Source of the DNA: a candidate division WOR-3 bacterium
GTDB taxonomy: Bacteria > Hydrothermota > Tepidihabitantia > Tepidihabitantales > DTDR01
NCBI GenBank assembly: GCA_039801885.1
Contig: JBDRVN010000025.1
Location: forward strand, 1 to 22,529
DNA: 22,529 bases
Direction of reading: 5' to 3'
Positions 16,908 through 22,529 of this stretch are shown here, piece after piece. The notes beneath the pieces are model-generated. The model worked only from the letters and a program-made list of their open reading frames with translations. It was not told the origin of the DNA and did no database searches. The stretch's first letter is position 1, and each line of letters opens with the position of its first letter. Made by a program: the position numbers and the translations under genes.

Positions 16908-18176
16908 ATGGTTTATTTTTTGTATATTTTGTTTCTTTTTAATTGGGAGAAAACTTTTGGTGGAAATGGTTATGATGAAGGAAGGGATTTAAAGGAGTGT
17001 TTTGATGGCGGTTACATAATTGTAGGTTCAACATCCTCTTTTGGACAGGGTCTTTTTGATGTTTATTTAATAAGAACTGATGAGAATGGCGAGACTTTAT
17101 GGACAACAACCTATGGTGGACAAAGTAATGACCGTGGTTATTCCATTCTACAAACCCGTGATTCCGGTTATATAATTGTTGGTAATACCCAATCTTTTGG
17201 TAATGGAAGTAGTGATGTTTGGATAATTAGACTTAATAAAAATGGTGAATTAGTATGGTCAAGAACCTATGGCGGAACTTATGCGGATGGCGGTCTTTAT
17301 ATAACAAAAACTTCTGATTCTTGTTATGTAATAAGTGGCTATACAAAATCTTTTAGTAATAATTTAGATGCCGACCTTTATCTATTAAAAATCGATGAAA
17401 ATGGTAATCTATTATGGGAGAGAAATTATGGTTTAAGAGGTTTTGGATTGGATGAATTCGGTTATTGTGTGAAAGAGACGCATGATAATGGATTGATAGT
17501 TGTTGGTTATGGAAGATTTCCTTACGGACATGGGGTAGATGATGTGTGGATTTTAAAGACCAATAGCGAAGGTGAAACTTTGTGGACAAAGATATTTGGT
17601 GGCGAACTTGCTGATTATGGTTATTCAGTTTTGGTTGACAATAATAACTTTCTTTTTGCTGGTTATACCGGTTCTTTTGATAGGAATGTCTATTTAATTA
17701 AAACTGATAATAATGGAAATTTATTTTTTGAAAGAAGTTATGGCGGAACCGGTTATGATGTCAGTTATTCTATTATAAAATCTTTTAATAATAATTATCT
17801 TCTTGTTGGCTCTACCGAATCTTTTGGTAGTGGTGGAAATGATATCTATCTTTTAGAAGTTGATGAAAATGGAAATATAGTATGGACAAGAACCTTTGGT
17901 GGCACAAGCGAAGATATTGGCTATTCAGTTATTAAAACTAATGACAGTTGTTATCTTATTGTTGGTTATACCCTTTCTTACAGTAGTAGTGTAGATGTCT
18001 ATCTTATCAAATTTTCTTATCCCAGTGCCCTAAAAGAAAATAAAAAAGAATTTAAAAATATAAAAAAAGTTTATAATATTTTAGGTCAGCCAGTACATAT
18101 AGAAACTAATAAAATACCTTCCGGTATTTATTTTAGTTTAGAAGAAAATAAAGTAAGAATTTTTAAAAGGAGGTGA
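16908..18176 (+). CDS. Exported beta-propeller repeat protein (W-x-[KR]-T-[FY]-GG repeats) with short T9SS-like tail
   Basis: Seven ~50-aa repeats beginning WEKTFGG, WTTTYGG, WSRTYGG, WERNYGL, WTKIFGG, FERSYGG, WTRTFGG, each followed by a D-x-G...G.T.S...DVYL.K.D.NG-like pattern; tail VYNILGQ...SGIYF. Confidence 0.87.
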   Translation: MVYFLYILFLFNWEKTFGGNGYDEGRDLKECFDGGYIIVGSTSSFGQGLFDVYLIRTDENGETLWTTTYGGQSNDRGYSILQTRDSGYIIVGNTQSFGNGSSDVWIIRLNKNGELVWSRTYGGTYADGGLYITKTSDSCYVISGYTKSFSNNLDADLYLLKIDENGNLLWERNYGLRGFGLDEFGYCVKETHDNGLIVVGYGRFPYGHGVDDVWILKTNSEGETLWTKIFGGELADYGYSVLVDNNNFLFAGYTGSFDRNVYLIKTDNNGNLFFERSYGGTGYDVSYSIIKSFNNNYLLVGSTESFGSGGNDIYLLEVDENGNIVWTRTFGGTSEDIGYSVIKTNDSCYLIVGYTLSYSSSVDVYLIKFSYPSALKENKKEFKNIKKVYNILGQPVHIETNKIPSGIYFSLEENKVRIFKRR

Positions 18177-18179
18177 AAA

Positions 18180-19682
18180 ATGAAAAAGTTATTTTTATTT
18201 TTGATTTTAATTTATTTCAGTCTTTCTTTTTCCCAAAGAACAGACACTGTGATGAGTACTTATTATGATTGGCAAATGGCTTCTCATATGAGGCAGAGAA
18301 TTTATTATGACCCTGGTTACGGTGTTCATGTGATTGCTACGGTTTCTTATCAACGGGTTCCTTCTGATAGAAATGTTTATTATAATTTCTTTGATGAAAG
18401 ATTAAATATGTGGGCGTATGGGCAACAAGGCGTTCCAGTATTTCCTTTTTGGGCAGGTTACGGAGTATTAGATATAAATCCAAATACACATGATGCTTAT
18501 TGTGTAGCCCATTTTAGGGTAGGGCTAAATCTTTGTTTAGCAATTGGCAGTATTACTTCTCCATTAGAACCTTGTACCATAAAAGTTGAAAATTATGACC
18601 TTTTGTGGCCGGTTTTAGGTATAACTAACAATGGGTGGTTTCATACAGTGGCTTCTAAAGGTTCTTCAGGTTCTCAATATTACGATGTTTGTTATATTAG
18701 AATGCGGGAATGGAGATATCCAGAAGAACCTATATCGATTGCTCCGAGACAAGGCGAACCAATTGCTTGTGTAGGAGAAGGTTACGGACTTTTTACCTCA
18801 AAGAGAAGTAATAAAGTAATTGTCTTTTGGAGAGAATTAGGTGGTTCAGGAACTGATAGCGGTGCCTATCGGATTTCTTTTAATGGCGGAGATACTTGGA
18901 GTGAAGTTATTCCTTTCCCTTTTCCTAATATTTTTACGCCAGGAAGCGAAACTTTACCGGAGATTTCTTTTGTTTACGGATTTTTTGACCGAGAAGATAA
19001 TCCCAATTTTGTAATTTGTTATACACCAAATATAAATGGTCAAAAATATAAATTGCCGGTAGAAATTTGGCATTTTAAACCAGGAAGAAATCCAGAATTG
19101 GTAAGAATCTCTCGGAGAAGTGCCGATACCCTTGCTGGTTCAATTGGTATTGGTGCAATTTTTGCTGGTCGACCAACAATTGGTCAGGAACCACAAACAG
19201 GAATATTATATGTTTCTTGGGAAGAGTTTGATTCATTAAATTATGAACCACTAACCGGTAAATTAAGAGCAGATATTTTGGTTTCTTATTCCTTGGATAA
19301 TGGTTTAACCTGGTCTGAACCAGAAAGAATTACCCGACCCGACCAGACATCTAAGAGATATCCTTGTTTAGCACCCATCGTTGATGAGCAAAATAATTTA
19401 TGGATAACCTATTTGGCTGATTTAATTGCTGGATTTTATGTTCAAGGTGAAGACCCAGGAAGTCTTAATCCAGTTATTGTGAAAAAATTAAGAATATTGC
19501 CCCAGGCGATTAATGAAAGTAAGTTTTCATACCATAAAAGAAAAAGATTTTATAGTAAAACAGTAATTTATGATGTAAATGGTAAAAAGATTAATGAAAG
19601 AAATTTAAATTCTAAGGGAGTGTACTTTTTGGTAGATACTAAAGATAAAAAAGTAAAAAAGAAAATAATTATTTTTAAATGA
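18180..19682 (+). CDS. Exported BNR/Asp-box (sialidase-like propeller fold) protein with short T9SS-like tail
   Basis: Signal peptide MKKLFLFLILIYFSLSFS; Asp-boxes SFNGGDTWS (~18876) and SLDNGLTWS (~19290); tail IYDVNGKKI...KGVYF...KKIIIFK; RBS AAGGAGG overlaps the end of the previous gene. Confidence 0.8.
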   Translation: MKKLFLFLILIYFSLSFSQRTDTVMSTYYDWQMASHMRQRIYYDPGYGVHVIATVSYQRVPSDRNVYYNFFDERLNMWAYGQQGVPVFPFWAGYGVLDINPNTHDAYCVAHFRVGLNLCLAIGSITSPLEPCTIKVENYDLLWPVLGITNNGWFHTVASKGSSGSQYYDVCYIRMREWRYPEEPISIAPRQGEPIACVGEGYGLFTSKRSNKVIVFWRELGGSGTDSGAYRISFNGGDTWSEVIPFPFPNIFTPGSETLPEISFVYGFFDREDNPNFVICYTPNINGQKYKLPVEIWHFKPGRNPELVRISRRSADTLAGSIGIGAIFAGRPTIGQEPQTGILYVSWEEFDSLNYEPLTGKLRADILVSYSLDNGLTWSEPERITRPDQTSKRYPCLAPIVDEQNNLWITYLADLIAGFYVQGEDPGSLNPVIVKKLRILPQAINESKFSYHKRKRFYSKTVIYDVNGKKINERNLNSKGVYFLVDTKDKKVKKKIIIFK

Positions 19683-19691
19683 GGAGGGAAA

Positions 19692-21254
19692 ATGAATAAA
19701 ATATTTGTTTTATTATTAATAATTTTACCAATTTTTGCTTATCGCTATGCAATTGTTGTTTCTAATGCTACTTATTCAATGAGTGATTGGCGGGCAGTAT
19801 GTGATTCTTTACAATTAAAACATCAAGGAAGGATTTTTATCTATACTAATTCAATTTATGATGTGCTTTCTCAATTACAGGATTATCAACCGGATTATAT
19901 CTGTTTTGTTGGCAGACCAGTTTCTGAAGTGAACCAATCTTTTGTAAGAGATTGTCACCAATTAACAAGACAATTAGATAATGATATTTATGGCGATGCG
20001 GTTTGGGGAATTATTACCGGTTATACCGCAGAAGATGCTTTAAGGTTAACTCGTTATGATACTTTATGGGTAAGAACAGTTCTGGGTGGTACAAATTGTA
20101 CTTGGGACTATTGGATAGAAAAGGGAATTTCTACTTATGAAGCAGAATATAATAGAATAAAATTTAAGTTTCCCGATGGCACTACCCTTGATACTGTGTG
20201 GCCAGAGAGATGTCCAACTGATAGATGTACCTTATTAGTAAATTATCTTAACAATGGAATTAACGATACCGTTCCTAATCGACCAAGAATTATTGGTAAT
20301 GTTGATATCTTCGTAACCAGTGGTCATGCCAATCAATGGACTTGGCAATTACATTATCCAAGTTCTGGTTATGAAGGATTTTTTCGTTCGAGTAGTGGTC
20401 AATTAAGAGGCGACCCTTATTCCGGTCCTACAAGATACATAAATTCTTCTAATCCGAAATTATATTTTGCTGTTGGCAATTGTCTAATGGGCGATGTTGC
20501 CGATATGAATTGTATGGTTCTTGCTTGGTTCCATACCGGTGGAGCAATTCAAATGACCGGTTATATTGTAGAAACTTGGTATGGTTATATGCTTTGGGGT
20601 TTACCTGCTTATTACCATTATCTTCAAGGAAGAACTACTTATGCCCAAGCCTTTTATTTAAATAACCAATCCCTTCTTTTTGACCAGATAAATAACACAC
20701 CAGGGACAAATCCATCAGGTTTAGAGTACGATAAAAATAATGTTGCCTTTTATGGTGACCCTGCTTGTCAAACAAGAATTTATCCGATAAGGGAGCCTTA
20801 TTATTCAGAAAATATTGAGATAAGACCAGGAACTTTAAGGGATACTTTTATTATTACTATTACTGCTAATTATGATTCCAGTACCTTAGGATTTACCGGT
20901 CCTTCTGGAACAAGACATCCGATTGTTTTCTTACCGGTAAGGATAGAAAGTGTTCAAGTAGAAAATACCAATGCCCATTCCGTTGTTATTACTGATAACT
21001 TTTGTCTTTTATATGTTTGGTATCAAGGCCAAAGAAAATTTGTAAGAGGAGAAACAAGATATGTAAGATTTACTGCCAAAAGAAAGCAAGTTCCAATTGA
21101 AGAGATTTCTTTACCAATTATAAGAAAGGATATTAAAAAGGAAAAGATAAAAGGCGAAATCTATGATATTTTTGGAAGAAAGATAAAATCGATAAGAAAG
21201 GGTATTTACTTTATCAAAGAAAATAAGAGGAATTTCAAGATAATAAAAATCTAA
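19692..21254 (+). CDS. Exported protein, putative divergent clan CD (C25/gingipain-like) cysteine peptidase with short T9SS-like tail
   Basis: Signal peptide MNKIFVLLLIILPIFA; IFVTSGHA (His 20325-20327), FAVGNCLMG (Cys 20481-20483), GGAIQ, FYGDPA in the same order as in the C25 gene; tail IYDIFGRKI...KGIYF...KIIKI; RBS GAGGAGGG at 19681-19688. Confidence 0.72.
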   Translation: MNKIFVLLLIILPIFAYRYAIVVSNATYSMSDWRAVCDSLQLKHQGRIFIYTNSIYDVLSQLQDYQPDYICFVGRPVSEVNQSFVRDCHQLTRQLDNDIYGDAVWGIITGYTAEDALRLTRYDTLWVRTVLGGTNCTWDYWIEKGISTYEAEYNRIKFKFPDGTTLDTVWPERCPTDRCTLLVNYLNNGINDTVPNRPRIIGNVDIFVTSGHANQWTWQLHYPSSGYEGFFRSSSGQLRGDPYSGPTRYINSSNPKLYFAVGNCLMGDVADMNCMVLAWFHTGGAIQMTGYIVETWYGYMLWGLPAYYHYLQGRTTYAQAFYLNNQSLLFDQINNTPGTNPSGLEYDKNNVAFYGDPACQTRIYPIREPYYSENIEIRPGTLRDTFIITITANYDSSTLGFTGPSGTRHPIVFLPVRIESVQVENTNAHSVVITDNFCLLYVWYQGQRKFVRGETRYVRFTAKRKQVPIEEISLPIIRKDIKKEKIKGEIYDIFGRKIKSIRKGIYFIKENKRNFKIIKI

Positions 21255-21258
21255 AAAT

Positions 21259-22529
21259 ATGATATTAATATCTCTTTTTCTCTTTAATTCTTGGGTGTTG
21301 ATTGATTCAGTTAAAGTTAAAATTTTCCTACCCGCAAATAATTTTTTTTATTTCAAATTTCCTTATCCAATTGAAAGTTTAGAAATTTATCTACCTTATG
21401 ATTCTTTAACTCTCTTGGCAAAGGAAGCGATAAAAAGGGCACCTTCCTTTTTAAAGACCGATTTATTTAATAACTTCTTATCTCTTTCTTATGAGAAACA
21501 GAATGAATATGCTAATATTATTTTAAATACTTCCCATCCCTATTTAGATGAAGTATGTTTTTTAATTGCTCATATTCCACCGGAAATTCTTAATAGTGAG
21601 AATTTTTATCCATTATTAATTAGTGAGAATGCCCATTTTTTATATGCCAATGATACTGCGATTTCTTATGCCGATATTATTGATTACGGTAATCCACAAA
21701 CCGATACTAATTATTATTCTACTATCCGTTATCGGATTTTTGATGGGCAGGATACTTTAATTTTAGAACTTCCTTATAAAATCTATTATTGGTATATTGT
21801 CCATCCGAAAATTTCAAGGGAGATTTGTACTTATGTAGATGTGACGACAGGTAATCCTTTACCACCACCGAATGGAAGGTTTTGGCGAGAATATCTTTTT
21901 TATTATAACGACCCTAATTATCCAAAATTGAAAGATTATTTAAGGGGTATTAGAACATTATGGAACTGTTTAAGGAATGATACTTTTAATAATGGTGCCA
22001 TCGGTGCCATCAATAATTGGTTGAGAAGAGTTATGGAATTCAGAACACCCCAAAGAAGAACCTATCAGCCTTGTCAAATATATAATCAACATCACGGCAC
22101 CTGTACCGAATGGAGCATAATAACTACTGCTACAGCACGGGCATCTTTAATTCCTTGTGTAAGGACCAGTGCTTACGGAAATAATCACCATTGGAATGAG
22201 TTTTATGAAAGAAGTTGGCATCAGTGGGAACCGGTAAATAAGATGATAAATGATAGTGTAAGATATGACCCAAATTGGTGGAATTTAGGTTGTGCCTTCA
22301 ATTGGCGAGGCGACGGCTATATCTTCTCTGCTACTAAGAAATATACACCTCATTGTAGTTTAAAAGTAAAAGTATATTCGAGAGATTCTATACCAGTGGA
22401 TGGTGCGATGGTTTATATTTTAGGCGGTACCCAGCCGGTAAACTGGTATACCTGTTTTCAAACAACTAATAAAAATGGTGAAACTTATTTTATCTTAGGA
22501 GATACCAATTCTTATGATTGCCAAATTAT
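21259..22529 (+). CDS. Transglutaminase-like (cysteine protease fold) exported protein; 3'-partial and absent from the ORF track
   Basis: ATG 21259 opens a frame with no stop to the window end (423 codons): MILISLFLFNSW...QPCQIYNQHHGTCTEWSIITTATARASLIPCVRT...NHHWNEFYERSWHQWEP...; then an Ig/transthyretin-like segment LKVKVYSRDSIPVDGAMV...TNKNG. Confidence 0.85.
   Translation, partial: MILISLFLFNSWVLIDSVKVKIFLPANNFFYFKFPYPIESLEIYLPYDSLTLLAKEAIKRAPSFLKTDLFNNFLSLSYEKQNEYANIILNTSHPYLDEVCFLIAHIPPEILNSENFYPLLISENAHFLYANDTAISYADIIDYGNPQTDTNYYSTIRYRIFDGQDTLILELPYKIYYWYIVHPKISREICTYVDVTTGNPLPPPNGRFWREYLFYYNDPNYPKLKDYLRGIRTLWNCLRNDTFNNGAIGAINNWLRRVMEFRTPQRRTYQPCQIYNQHHGTCTEWSIITTATARASLIPCVRTSAYGNNHHWNEFYERSWHQWEPVNKMINDSVRYDPNWWNLGCAFNWRGDGYIFSATKKYTPHCSLKVKVYSRDSIPVDGAMVYILGGTQPVNWYTCFQTTNKNGETYFILGDTNSYDCQI

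Noticed and set aside
16901..16942. Out-of-frame ATG giving a 13-aa peptide (MNYGLFFVYFVSF) as a regulatory uORF
   Set aside because: The AAGGAA site abuts this ATG with no spacer but is properly spaced for ATG 16908; likely chance
15780..18010. Periodic repeats as a CRISPR array
   Set aside because: The periodicity is at protein level (about 45-58 codons) with degenerate DNA; no identical repeats with unique spacers and no cas genes
15819..20665. Short nested ORFs in the secreted array (15819-16031, 16032-16232, 16058-16309, 16221-16463, 16532-16828, 17353-17589, 20480-20665)
   Set aside because: They overlap genes whose repeat and motif structure fixes the true frame

Overview
AT-rich bacterial chromosomal window with no mobile element, CRISPR array, rRNA or tRNA that I can see. 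It has three blocks. (1) 1-6486 (+): two large secreted proteases, a 5'-truncated S8 subtilisin and a gingipain-like C25 peptidase. They share the same C-terminal stalk (two NPGE/Ig-like modules, a NIDO-like domain and a FlgD-Ig/T9SS-like tail) and are followed by an intrinsic terminator. (2) 6522-14936: a PlsY-like/CTP-dependent lipid kinase-like fusion (+) converging on a minus-strand housekeeping operon (EF-G2-type fusA, ribD, ribE, SPL-like radical SAM, PAP2 phosphatase, serS, class II aldolase). (3) 15094-end (+): a divergently transcribed array of at least six exported proteins: a frameshifted FG-GAP-like relic, two 7-repeat beta-propellers, an Asp-box protein, a divergent clan-CD/C25-like peptidase and a transglutaminase-like protein missed by the ORF track. 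The five complete genes end in a miniature Lys-rich T9SS-like sorting tail (the first only after a -1 frame correction). C25 peptidases, T9SS-like tails and dense D-[ST]-hydrophobic motifs suggest an FCB-related lineage such as candidate division WOR-3; this is inference only. All family calls come from motif recognition by eye, not database searches.
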